Of a DNA stretch of 64,000 nucleotides, positions 36,348-44,750 are shown in pieces. The position numbers were made by a program, and so were the translations under genes. The notes under the pieces are model-generated. The model searched no databases. It had not been told where the DNA came from and worked only from the letters and a program-made list of their open reading frames with translations. Source of the stretch: a virus (Duplodnaviria; Caudoviricetes); IMG/VR virus record IMGVR_UViG_3300037475_000162, positions 888 through 64,887 of that record. The stretch is one strand, 5' to 3'. Positions within the stretch are counted from its first letter, which is position 1. Every line of letters begins with the position of its first letter.

Positions 36348-37520
36348 ATGGCGCGAGCCCCGCGAGTGCCCAGCTACCGACTCCACAAGGCCAGCGGCCA
36401 GGCCGTCGTCACCTTTAGCCGCCACGACGTATACCTGGGCGCCCACGATTCCCCCGAATCCCATGCGCTCTACAAGCGAAAGGTAGCCGAGTGGCTGGCG
36501 GCCGGTTGCCGCCAGCCGCCGCCGGCGGGATCGGCCCTGACAGTGGCCGAATTGATGGCCGCGTACTGGGCGCACGCCAAGACGTACTACGTCAAACACG
36601 GCAAGCCCACCGGACCGCAGAGCCGCATCAGGAGCACCATCTCCATCGTGAACGAGTTGTACGGCGACGATCCGGCCGTGGGATTCAGTCCGCGCGCGCT
36701 GAAGGTTGTGCGGGAAGCGATGGTGGCAAAGGGCTGGAAGCGGAGCACGGTCAACCAGTACACCCAGCTCGTCGTGCAGTCGTTCGCGTGGGCTGTAGAG
36801 GAGGAGTTGGTTGCCGCGAGCGTGCATCACGCGCTCATGGCTGTCGCGCCGCTGAGGAAGGGGCGCACCGCGGCTCCGGAGTCGGAGAAGGTCGATCCGG
36901 CGCCGGAAACATCCATCGACGCCGTACGCCCGGTGCTGACGCCGATGCTCTCCGATGTGATGGACTTCCAGATCCTGACCGCCGCACGGCCTGGCGAGGC
37001 GCTGGCGGTGCGACCGTGCGACCTGGACCGCGAAAGCGAGGTGTGGCTGTACCGGCCGCGGGCGTTCAAGACGGAGCATCACGAGGACGCCGAGCGAGTC
37101 ATCTACATTGGCCCCCGCTGTCAGGCGATTCTGCGTAGGCGGTGGCCGGCCGGGGAAGAGGAGTTCTTCTTTTCGGCAGCGGCCGCAATGGAGGAGCGCT
37201 CGCAGGCGCTACGGGCCGCGAGAAAAACGCCCGTGCCGCTGTCCCAGCAGAACCGCCGCGCCAGGCGGCGAAAGCGACCGTGGGGAAAGCAGTACCGCGT
37301 CTCCAGCTATCAGCACGCCGTTGCCAGGGCGTGCGAGCGGGTCGGGTGCGAACACTTTTACCCCCACCAGCTTCGCCACAACGCCGGAACGCGGATCAGG
37401 GCGGAATTCGGTCTGGAGGTTGCCGCAGTGATCATGGGGCACGCACACCTCTCCACCGCAGAAATCTACGCGGAACAGGATCTTGCCGCAGCCGTCAAGG
37501 CCATGAAGGTCGTTGGCTGA
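36348..37520 (+). CDS. int: Tyrosine integrase
   Basis: AARPGE (R), KT, HQLRH, MGH and EIY catalytic motifs; N-terminal PSYRLHKASGQAVV...YLG as recalled from planctomycete integrases. Confidence 0.95.
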   Translation: MARAPRVPSYRLHKASGQAVVTFSRHDVYLGAHDSPESHALYKRKVAEWLAAGCRQPPPAGSALTVAELMAAYWAHAKTYYVKHGKPTGPQSRIRSTISIVNELYGDDPAVGFSPRALKVVREAMVAKGWKRSTVNQYTQLVVQSFAWAVEEELVAASVHHALMAVAPLRKGRTAAPESEKVDPAPETSIDAVRPVLTPMLSDVMDFQILTAARPGEALAVRPCDLDRESEVWLYRPRAFKTEHHEDAERVIYIGPRCQAILRRRWPAGEEEFFFSAAAAMEERSQALRAARKTPVPLSQQNRRARRRKRPWGKQYRVSSYQHAVARACERVGCEHFYPHQLRHNAGTRIRAEFGLEVAAVIMGHAHLSTAEIYAEQDLAAAVKAMKVVG

Positions 37521-37604
37521 CGGAAAGCGCAATCGCGTCAATGTCCGTTGAGATTCCGTGAAGTCCGGCATAGACTGACGGGGAGTCCCCGAGGGCCGCC
37601 CCAC

Positions 37605-37955
37605 ATGTCTCCAGAAGATCCGGTCATCCTCCGCATCCGCGAGGCGCTCGACGCGGCCATGCATCGACAAGAAGATCCGTGCGCCGCCGCCCGGCTGTGC
37701 CGGATCGAGCGGGCCGTGGTCGAATCCCTGCTGCACATCGACAGCCGCCGCACCCTCCCCCAGCTCCGCGATCTGATCGAGGAACGCCTCGGCGAGCCGG
37801 TCAGCGAGGGAACGCTCAAGGCGCTCCTGGCTCGCATGACCGCGCCCGAAGTCGGCATCCTCGACAGCAGCCGCCACAAGCGCCCCCACGGCTACGGACT
37901 CACCCCTTCCTTCCGCTCCCTTTTTCATCCCGAAGAGCGCAACGGCAGCGGCTGA
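37605..37955 (+). CDS. Winged-HTH-like protein
   Basis: RTLPQLRDLI...VSEGTLKALLARM...GIL...GYGL. Confidence 0.55.
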   Translation: MSPEDPVILRIREALDAAMHRQEDPCAAARLCRIERAVVESLLHIDSRRTLPQLRDLIEERLGEPVSEGTLKALLARMTAPEVGILDSSRHKRPHGYGLTPSFRSLFHPEERNGSG

Positions 37956-38183
37956 CGCCCGACCGCCGTTGTACGACTTTGCACGATCTCACCGGACTTC
38001 ACCGAGCGCAAACCAACGTCGTACGATCAGACCATAATCAAGACTCGCCTTGTAGCGTTTTCGCGCGCAGATAGCTGCTGCGCACGCGATTTTTGCGAAA
38101 TCTGGCAAAGTCTCGTGGTCCGACAACGACGGGAGAGATTATCCTGCATCAGCCAAGTCGGAACACGAAAGGCAGGTGAGGCG

Positions 38184-38567
38184 ATGGCAAGCGAGACGAT
38201 CAGCCTGGAACCCCTCGAGGAGTTCGACGGCGAGAAGAGCATCGACTTCCGGGAAGCGCGAAAAATGATCCGGGGCCGCGGCGGCATGGTGTCGCTGGAG
38301 GTGCTCAGGCGGTGGGCGAACCCCGAACGGGGGCACAAGCCGCGGGGAGAGACGGGCCCGACGCTGGTGTTCCCGGCAGTCAAGCTGGCCGGCGAGTGGC
38401 GGACCATGCCGAGCTGGGTCGAGGCCTTCGAGCGGGAACGGGTGCGCCAGGGCCGGGGAGCGAGCCGGCCGCAGCCTGTGCGCCCGGAGAGGACGCCACG
38501 GCGGGCAACCGCTGACCACCGCCGGGCCCAGGAGTACCTGAAGAAAGAGGGGATGGGGGCGAAGTAA
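38184..38567 (+). CDS. Excisionase-like (DUF1580/MerR-like) DNA-binding protein
   Basis: IDFREARK...VSLEVLRRW...G...FPAVKLAGEWRT. Confidence 0.65.
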   Translation: MASETISLEPLEEFDGEKSIDFREARKMIRGRGGMVSLEVLRRWANPERGHKPRGETGPTLVFPAVKLAGEWRTMPSWVEAFERERVRQGRGASRPQPVRPERTPRRATADHRRAQEYLKKEGMGAK

Positions 38568-38623
38568 CGGGCCATGCGCTGACGCGCCGCCAGGCCGGCG
38601 GCTGAACCTACGGGAGATCGACC

Positions 38624-38854
38624 ATGAGCGACGAGCAGACGGCAGAGCAGCTCCAACCCGGCGACGTCGCCGTGCTGAAGTCAGGAGGCCCGTTGCTGAC
38701 CGTTCTTGACGTCGGCCGGCACACCAGCTTTGTCTGGTGCCGGTGGGCGAACAGCGACGGTGGCATCAACGAGTCAATGTTTCCGGCCTGGTCTCTCACG
38801 AAGGAGACGGCGCTGGCGCTGTCGCGGGAATGGCAGCAGGAGCGGAATCGCTGA
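38624..38854 (+). CDS. YodC/DUF2158-family protein
   Basis: LQPGDVAVLKSGGPLLTV...VWCRW...FPAWSL. Confidence 0.8.
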   Translation: MSDEQTAEQLQPGDVAVLKSGGPLLTVLDVGRHTSFVWCRWANSDGGINESMFPAWSLTKETALALSREWQQERNR

Positions 38855-39019
38855 CCACGACGAGGGCGTCCTGGGGAACATGGCCTTGAGCAGAACGTGA
38901 TCGCCGGAAAACCACATGCAGTTGACGTCGGTGGTCGAACGTGCGTCGTGGCCGGTGATCGTCATGTTCGGACCGCCCGACGCCAGGCGCACGACAGCGC
39001 CGATCTCGTGTTTCGCCAT
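38774..39019 (-). pseudogene. Second YodC/DUF2158 copy, convergent, with an apparent 1-nt frameshift near 38875
   Basis: IGAVVRLASGGPNMTI...VNCMWF...AMFP; the family-like QDALVVV continues only in a shifted frame. Confidence 0.6.
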
Positions 39020-39197
39020 GACTGGTCTCCCTTGGCGGGATGCGCCTGCCCTCGGCCGCAGAAGGAGTGCCGCAGTACGAGGGCAGGCCGGCCGGTTCAT
39101 GAGGCCAGCCGTCCCGCTGCGGAGCATTGTACGCGAAAGGAGGGAAAGCGCCGCCAGGCCGGCGGACGCGAGGAGGTGGGGCGGCCCGGAGGGAGGG

Positions 39198-39467
39198 TCA
39201 GGAGTCGGAGGAGCGGCCGTGCTCATGCTGGATCGCCTTGGCCTGCTCCTCGTACTCGTGAAGGTGCTTGGAAAGCACGAGCCGGACAAGGTTGGAGACA
39301 TCCAGCTCAAGCCATTCAGCGATGAAGTCGAGCCGATCGGCGAGCTTCTGAGAGGCGCGAAAGCTGATTGGCCGGCCGTCGCTGGCCGCAGCGTTCGGCG
39401 ATTCCTGTTTTTTCTTCGCCACGGGAGAAACCTGTCTGACATCAGGCGACGTTGTTGCCACAGGCAT
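39198..39467 (-). CDS. Ribbon-helix-helix repressor candidate
   Basis: PISFRASQKLADRLDFIA...DVSNLVRLVL; divergent from the early operon. Confidence 0.7.
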   Translation of the reverse strand: MPVATTSPDVRQVSPVAKKKQESPNAAASDGRPISFRASQKLADRLDFIAEWLELDVSNLVRLVLSKHLHEYEEQAKAIQHEHGRSSDS

Positions 39468-39607
39468 AGCGTAACTCCTTTGCTGTATACCGGATAGGTG
39501 GATAGCGCAAATTCCTTGCCAAACTGTCAGACGTGGTATATTTTACCCGTTTTTTCTCAGTCAGCGTCAAAGAAAAGCGCCTCATTCTGATTTTATGTAT
39601 TTCTAGC

Positions 39608-39635
39608 TTGACGGAGTCTGACAGAAGAGTATACT
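39608..39635 (+). promoter_or_regulatory. Sigma70-type early promoter with a candidate operator in the spacer
   Basis: TTGACG-N16-TATACT in an AT-rich intergenic region; spacer contains GTCTGACAG, with an inverse copy CTGTCAGAC at 39524. Confidence 0.65.
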
Positions 39636-39687
39636 ACTCTCAGACGCGAAACGCAAGCCGACGCCCCCAACCCGCGAGGCCCCGACC

Positions 39688-39900
39688 ATGACGACCGCTG
39701 CCCCCCGACGCGGGTTCAAGCACACCCCCTGCCCGAAGTGCGGGGAGGATGGGATTATCCAGATCAGCCTCGACGACGTCGGGGACTGCCACTGCAACGA
39801 GTGCGGCGAGGACTTCACCCTCGCCGACATTCGCGCCTTCATCGAGGCGTGGACGCCGATCATGGCGTGGCTTGCAACGTGCCCCGTCCGCGCCGAGTAG
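39688..39900 (+). CDS. Zinc-ribbon protein
   Basis: CPKC...CNEC. Confidence 0.65.
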   Translation: MTTAAPRRGFKHTPCPKCGEDGIIQISLDDVGDCHCNECGEDFTLADIRAFIEAWTPIMAWLATCPVRAE

Positions 39901-39936
39901 CCCCCGAACCTTCGCCCCACAACCCATCGGTGCCCC

Positions 39937-40425
39937 ATGTGCCAGATCACAAGTCCGACCGCCCCGCCCGCAGCAAAGCCAGCGCCCGCCGATCGGTCGG
40001 CCGGCTATGACCACCAGGGCTGTTCCTGGACCTCGCCCGGCCCCGCAGACGCTCTCCGCGCCGGCAACGGAGCCTTTCTCCGAATCACCGTCATGCGGCA
40101 ACGCCAGGAGAAGCGGTACGGGCCGTACACGATGGTTCCCTACACCGAGTTCTACCTCGTCACCTGGGATGCCCGCGCCCGCGAGTGGGTTCTCCAGCAC
40201 GACGCGGAGGGATCGGGTTCCGGCGAGGGGTTCGTCACCTACCGACTCGATCTGTCCTGGGGCTCGTGCGAGCGGGTCAATCCGCTGGGCGACCGCGAGC
40301 TGTGCCCGGCGATGGCGCACGGGCAGAAGCAGCTGTGCAAGCATTTGAGATCACTCAGGGCGGCGTTGACGCACATCGGGGTTGACCCGGTCGCCGGGCC
40401 GGTCGCGAAAGTGGGTGCCGCATGA
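39937..40425 (+). CDS. SWIM-like zinc-finger protein
   Basis: CPA...CKHL. Confidence 0.5.
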   Translation: MCQITSPTAPPAAKPAPADRSAGYDHQGCSWTSPGPADALRAGNGAFLRITVMRQRQEKRYGPYTMVPYTEFYLVTWDARAREWVLQHDAEGSGSGEGFVTYRLDLSWGSCERVNPLGDRELCPAMAHGQKQLCKHLRSLRAALTHIGVDPVAGPVAKVGAA

Positions 40426-40631
40426 GCACCAGCATGAAGGACCGCATCGCCGCCCTGGAGCAGCAGCACGCCGAAGACGAGCGGCTGCTCGCCGCTTGCG
40501 AGGCGGCCCTTCCTGCAATGGAGAAAGCCCTGTCCATCCGTCGCGCCATGATCGGCCCGGTTGATGGCGGCATCAGCCGGACGGTCGAGATGCTTCGGGC
40601 GGCAATCGAGACGGCGAAAGGCGGTGCGTGA
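40422..40631 (+). CDS. Small hypothetical protein
   Basis: ATGA overlap chain. Confidence 0.55.
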   Translation: MSTSMKDRIAALEQQHAEDERLLAACEAALPAMEKALSIRRAMIGPVDGGISRTVEMLRAAIETAKGGA

Positions 40632-40927
40632 TGCCCGGCCCCTACGAGGTCTACGCCCTGATGCACCACGGCGCGATCTACACCCTCCGTCCCACCGTGG
40701 GCGACCTCAAGAAGGCTTTCCGCTGGGTGGGGTTCCGCGACGGCGACCGATGCGGCTTCTTCAAGACGCGGAAGGCGTTCGAGGAGTTCGTCGCCCGCGA
40801 GCCGGCCCTTGCCCCGCTGGGGCCGCACGCGGAGGCGAGTTTCCGCGCGGAGACGTGGAGCACCTATGAGGGATCGCGCGTGCTCCAGCAGCTCGCGGAG
40901 AACGCGAAGAAAGCGGGTGGGCAATGA
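40631..40927 (+). CDS. Hypothetical protein
   Basis: Overlapping stop and start. Confidence 0.55.
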   Translation: MPGPYEVYALMHHGAIYTLRPTVGDLKKAFRWVGFRDGDRCGFFKTRKAFEEFVAREPALAPLGPHAEASFRAETWSTYEGSRVLQQLAENAKKAGGQ

Positions 40928-41253
40928 CCGCAAGAACGTGGCGGACATGGACGCACCGGGGAGAGCAAAGGCTGATCGAGTTGCGCAACGCCGGCTGCAC
41001 GCGGCAGCAGATCGCCGACGATCTCGGCCGGACGTTCGGCTCGGTTGCGAACCGCTTGCAGCAGATGGGGATTGTCTGGGAGCGGCCCCTCTCGGATCTG
41101 ACCCTTGCGCTGATTCGCCCGCACAAGGTCAAGGACGTGGCCCGCCGCTTCGGGATAACGCGGTGGGCCGTGAGCAAGGCGAAGCGCGAGATGCGCCTTC
41201 GCGGCGTCGGCGTCTGGTACGGGCGTCCTCGCCCGCGCCGGGCCGTCGCCTGA
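40924..41253 (+). CDS. Double-HTH DNA-binding protein
   Basis: WT..E..L..L...G.T.QQIADDLGRT..SV.NR and VKDVARRFGITRWAVSK. Confidence 0.7.
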   Translation: MTARTWRTWTHRGEQRLIELRNAGCTRQQIADDLGRTFGSVANRLQQMGIVWERPLSDLTLALIRPHKVKDVARRFGITRWAVSKAKREMRLRGVGVWYGRPRPRRAVA

Positions 41254-41362
41254 GAACACCGGCTGGGGGCCGCGTTTAACCGAGCGCGACCACCTCCTGC
41301 GACAGGGGCAACCGCAGGAGCGCCCCCGGCCGGCGAATACAGCCTGGAGAGGAGACTGCCGA

Positions 41363-42010
41363 GTGAGCGACTGGACCAATCTCCTGAGCGCCGCCGCCGC
41401 CGATCCGGCCGACGTGCTGCCCCGCATGCAGATGGCGGACCATCTGCGCGACGAGGGGCGCAGCGAGGCGGTTGCCCTGGAGTCGTTCGGGCCGATGCCG
41501 TTTTCGTGGTGGTCGAACGAACGGCTGTTTTTCGACAGCAGCAGCGGCAGCGGCAGCGGCAGAGGCAGCGGCAGCGGCATCGGCAGCGGCATCGGCAGAG
41601 GCAGCGGCATCGGCAGAGGCAGCGGCAGAGGCAGCGGCAGCGGCAGCGGCAGCGGCAGCGGCATCGGCAGCGGCATCGGCAGCGGCATCGGCAGCGGCAG
41701 CGGCAGCGGCAGCGGCAGCGGCAGCGGAGTCTTCTTCATGGAAACCGGCAAGGCGTACCTCGTTCACTGCGGCGACTGGCACACGATTGTCGGGCGCGTC
41801 GTCCGCCAGGCCGGCCCATTTCTCTACGAGATGGAGACGGTCTCAAAAATCTCCGAGACGAACAACGGAGATTGCTGGGAGGAACTGGCGGGCGGAAACG
41901 TACAGATGCGCGCCGCCTGCAACTACAAGCACTACAAGGTGCGCGCCCTGGTGCCCTTGAATGTGCTCTGTTTTGAATGGCTCGGATTACTTCCACAGGA
42001 GGCCCTCTGA
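41363..42010 (+). CDS. TIGR02996-like N-terminus, (Gly-Ser/Ile/Arg)n linker, small C-terminal domain
   Basis: LLSAAAADPADVLPRMQMADHLRDEG; GGAGAGGAG ribosome-binding site. Confidence 0.65.
   Translation: MSDWTNLLSAAAADPADVLPRMQMADHLRDEGRSEAVALESFGPMPFSWWSNERLFFDSSSGSGSGRGSGSGIGSGIGRGSGIGRGSGRGSGSGSGSGSGIGSGIGSGIGSGSGSGSGSGSGVFFMETGKAYLVHCGDWHTIVGRVVRQAGPFLYEMETVSKISETNNGDCWEELAGGNVQMRAACNYKHYKVRALVPLNVLCFEWLGLLPQEAL
41537..41727 (+). repeat. Hexamer tandem repeat (GGCAGC/GGCATC/GGCAGA)n, about 30 units
   Basis: Read directly from the sequence. Confidence 0.95.
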
Positions 42011-42157
42011 CGGGAGAGGAGCAAGGATGCTCGATGACTGGCAGTTGGTGTCGCAGATCGTGGCCGTGGAGATCGCCGGTCCCTGCCTGTTGGCGGCCCT
42101 GGGGCTGGCGGTGTACCTGATGGAGCGGTGGACCCGGCCGGCAGGAGATCCGAGACG

Positions 42158-43279
42158 ATGAATTTGCCCCTACTCGCTCCGACCACTGACAACACCATCG
42201 CCTCGACGCCCGAGGTGGACGGACTGCTTGCCGCTGAGGCCCCCGTGGCAATCGGTGTCAGCGGCGGAAAGGACTCCTGCGCCATGGCCTTCGCTCTCGT
42301 CGAGCAACTCGACGGCATCGGGCACGCTGGCCCGCGAATCCTCATCCACAGCGACCTGGGGCGGACGGAGTGGAAGGACAGCCTCCCCACCTGCGAGAGG
42401 CTGGCGAAGGCAACCGGCGTTGAACTCGTCGTCGTCCGCCGCAAGGCCGGCGACATGCTGGCCCGCTGGCAGGGCCGGTGGACGAACAACGTCGAGCGAT
42501 ACCTGACGCTCTCCTGCGTCAAGCTGATCCTACCCTGGTCCACGCCGTCGATGCGGTTCTGCACGTCGGAACTCAAGATGGACGTGATCTGTGCGGAGCT
42601 GGTCCGCCGGTTTGGCGGCCGGACCATCCTCAGCGCCAGCGGCATCCGCGCCGATGAGAGCGCCAACCGGGCCCAGGCCCCTGTTGCCAAGCGGCAGCCG
42701 AAGCTGTGCCGCGCGTCGCGCAAGCCGGTGCGGATCACAACCGGCCTGGACTGGCACCCCATTCTCCGCTGGTCGGTCGATGACGTGTGGAGTCTGTGCC
42801 GGCAGCGGGGCTTCCTCATGCATGAGGCGTACACGCGCTACGGCAGCAGCCGGGTTTCCTGCTGCTTCTGCATCCTGGGAAACAACGGCGACCTTCTCGC
42901 CGCCGCCGGGTGCGACGACAACCACGACCTGTACCGGCAGATGGTTGCCCTTGAGGCTGTGTCCACGTTCGCCTTCCAGGGCGGCGAATGGCTTGGAGAC
43001 GTGGCCCCGCACCTGCTCACAGCCGAAATACTGGACGGCGTCCGGCAGGCCAAGGAGGCGGGCAAGCGTCGTGAGGCAGCAGAGGCTCGCATCCCGAAGC
43101 ACCTGCTCTACACCAAGGGCTGGCCTACCTGTGTGCCGGCCCACGAAGAGGCGGTCCTGCTGGCGTCCGTCCGGCTCGCCGTGGCGACCGCCGTTGGCCT
43201 GACACCTACATTCACCGACCCCGACCAGATCATCGCCCGTTATGAGGAGCTTATGCGCATGAAGGCAGAACGAAACTGA
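42158..43279 (+). CDS. PAPS-reductase-family (PP-loop) protein
   Basis: VSGGKDS, CTSELK, GIRADES..RA, PILRW and Y...SSRVSCCFC. Confidence 0.88.
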   Translation: MNLPLLAPTTDNTIASTPEVDGLLAAEAPVAIGVSGGKDSCAMAFALVEQLDGIGHAGPRILIHSDLGRTEWKDSLPTCERLAKATGVELVVVRRKAGDMLARWQGRWTNNVERYLTLSCVKLILPWSTPSMRFCTSELKMDVICAELVRRFGGRTILSASGIRADESANRAQAPVAKRQPKLCRASRKPVRITTGLDWHPILRWSVDDVWSLCRQRGFLMHEAYTRYGSSRVSCCFCILGNNGDLLAAAGCDDNHDLYRQMVALEAVSTFAFQGGEWLGDVAPHLLTAEILDGVRQAKEAGKRREAAEARIPKHLLYTKGWPTCVPAHEEAVLLASVRLAVATAVGLTPTFTDPDQIIARYEELMRMKAERN

Positions 43280-43485
43280 CAGCCCCTCCCCTCCGCGCCG
43301 TCGGGACGTTCCCGGCGGGAGCCACGTGGGAATCGGGTCTGCGGAGGGGAGGCGACCCACGAGGCAAGACGGAGTCCAGCGTCCGATGTCGCGACCAGCA
43401 GCCTTCCGCGAGTCTCTGGTCCACCTCCTGGCACGAGGTCGCGACGATCGGCGCTCCGTTACGGCGCCCCGCGAGGGGGCAGGTC

Positions 43486-43944
43486 ATGGCGGCCTGGCCG
43501 AAGCCGGTTCAATCCCGGCGCGTGGGACTGAGACGAAACGATGACTTCGCCCGAGCAATGGAGGCAATCGTGACGCATCCGAACGGACTGCACATCACCG
43601 GCGACGAGAGCATGGAGGAGGACTACGGCACAGCCTACTTCAGGGACGAGCTGCTGCTGCACGTCCTGCCGAACTGTCTGATCGCGGACGGCGGGCTCCG
43701 CTACCGCGACCCGCCGGAAGCCGTCAGCCACGCCTTCGCCATCGTGGACGAGGTCATGCGGCGACGGCGGGACGGCAGCATGCCGCAGCCGGACATGCAC
43801 GCCGCTTGCGACAGCGAGACGGATCTCATCGACCTGAGCGCCGCGCCGGCGCTGGACGGCATGGGGGATCCGCTGGTGCTGCGGACAGAGCAAGCCCGGC
43901 GCATCCCGATCGCGAAGCATCACGAGATCGATCCGAGGGACTGA
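43486..43944 (+). CDS. Hypothetical protein
   Basis: In the operon direction; start uncertain. Confidence 0.45.
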   Translation: MAAWPKPVQSRRVGLRRNDDFARAMEAIVTHPNGLHITGDESMEEDYGTAYFRDELLLHVLPNCLIADGGLRYRDPPEAVSHAFAIVDEVMRRRRDGSMPQPDMHAACDSETDLIDLSAAPALDGMGDPLVLRTEQARRIPIAKHHEIDPRD

Positions 43945-43949
43945 AAGCC

Positions 43950-44225
43950 ATGAACTGCCCCAACTGCGGCGAAGAGTGCGAGCGGGACGAGGTCGATGTC
44001 GGCGTCGGCATCATTTACGGTCCCTGGGGCTGCTCCTCGTGCTGCTGGTCGTCTGATCCGCGATACGACCGCTCGGGGGGCGTCTCGCCCAAAGCAAAAG
44101 AGAACCCCGGCTGGTATGTGGACCAGTGGGGCGGCATGCAGCGCATCAGCGCCATCGCGGAGAGCGCCGAACGGTTCGGCATTCCCCGCGAAGTTGTTGA
44201 GGAAGCATTCCGGGAGGACGGCTGA
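43950..44225 (+). CDS. Zinc-finger protein
   Basis: CPNC...DVGVG...CSSC. Confidence 0.65.
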   Translation: MNCPNCGEECERDEVDVGVGIIYGPWGCSSCCWSSDPRYDRSGGVSPKAKENPGWYVDQWGGMQRISAIAESAERFGIPREVVEEAFREDG

Positions 44226-44509
44226 TGCCCTTCTTCCACGATCGAACCTGCCCCTGTCCGGTCTGCCGCGAGCAGCTTCGCCAGACGCTGCGTCCGCGCC
44301 GCATTCCCGCGCCGCGCTATCGGACCTGCGACCTGTGCGGCGACCTGGTGGAGGTGCTGCCGGGCCAGCCGTCGCCGTGTCCGACGTGCGAGGCGGCCCA
44401 GCAGCGGGCGGCGAAAGTGAGCTTTCGGCCCGTGGACGTGCAGGCGCCTGCGGTGGACGCGGCCGATCTGCACCGATGGGCGGATGACGGAGGACAATGC
44501 CATGCCTGA
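44225..44509 (+). CDS. Cys-rich zinc-finger protein
   Basis: CPVC, CDLC, CPTC; TGATG overlap. Confidence 0.55.
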   Translation: MPFFHDRTCPCPVCREQLRQTLRPRRIPAPRYRTCDLCGDLVEVLPGQPSPCPTCEAAQQRAAKVSFRPVDVQAPAVDAADLHRWADDGGQCHA

Positions 44510-44750
44510 AGGCGTCCCGGATTACATCGGCTACGGCCCCATTGACCCGCGCATGGCCGCACTCCGTTGTGCGGAGAAGACGGCGCGGGAGAACGTGTAT
44601 CGGGACAAGCGGTATGCAAAAGCGAAGGCGAGTCAGATGCGGAGAGCGACGGGCGAGCCGAAGCTGATGAGTTTCAGGTGCCACCACTGCGGCAAGTACC
44701 ACCTGGGGAAGCGGAAGCCGCCCCAGAGCGCAGAAGACCACGGAGGGTAA
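44502..44750 (+). CDS. Small zinc-binding protein
   Basis: K.RY...A...FRCHHCGKYHLG. Confidence 0.6.
   Translation: MPEGVPDYIGYGPIDPRMAALRCAEKTARENVYRDKRYAKAKASQMRRATGEPKLMSFRCHHCGKYHLGKRKPPQSAEDHGG

Noticed and set aside
41276..41976. Poly-Ala and (Gln-Arg)n ORFs over the hexamer repeat
   Set aside because: These are alternate-frame shadows; only the Gly-Ser frame has a ribosome-binding site and sensible flanking domains
28761..43279. Shared sulfur pathway between the sulfotransferase-like and PAPS-reductase-family genes
   Set aside because: The genes are 12 kb apart in different modules, and a reductase would consume rather than supply PAPS
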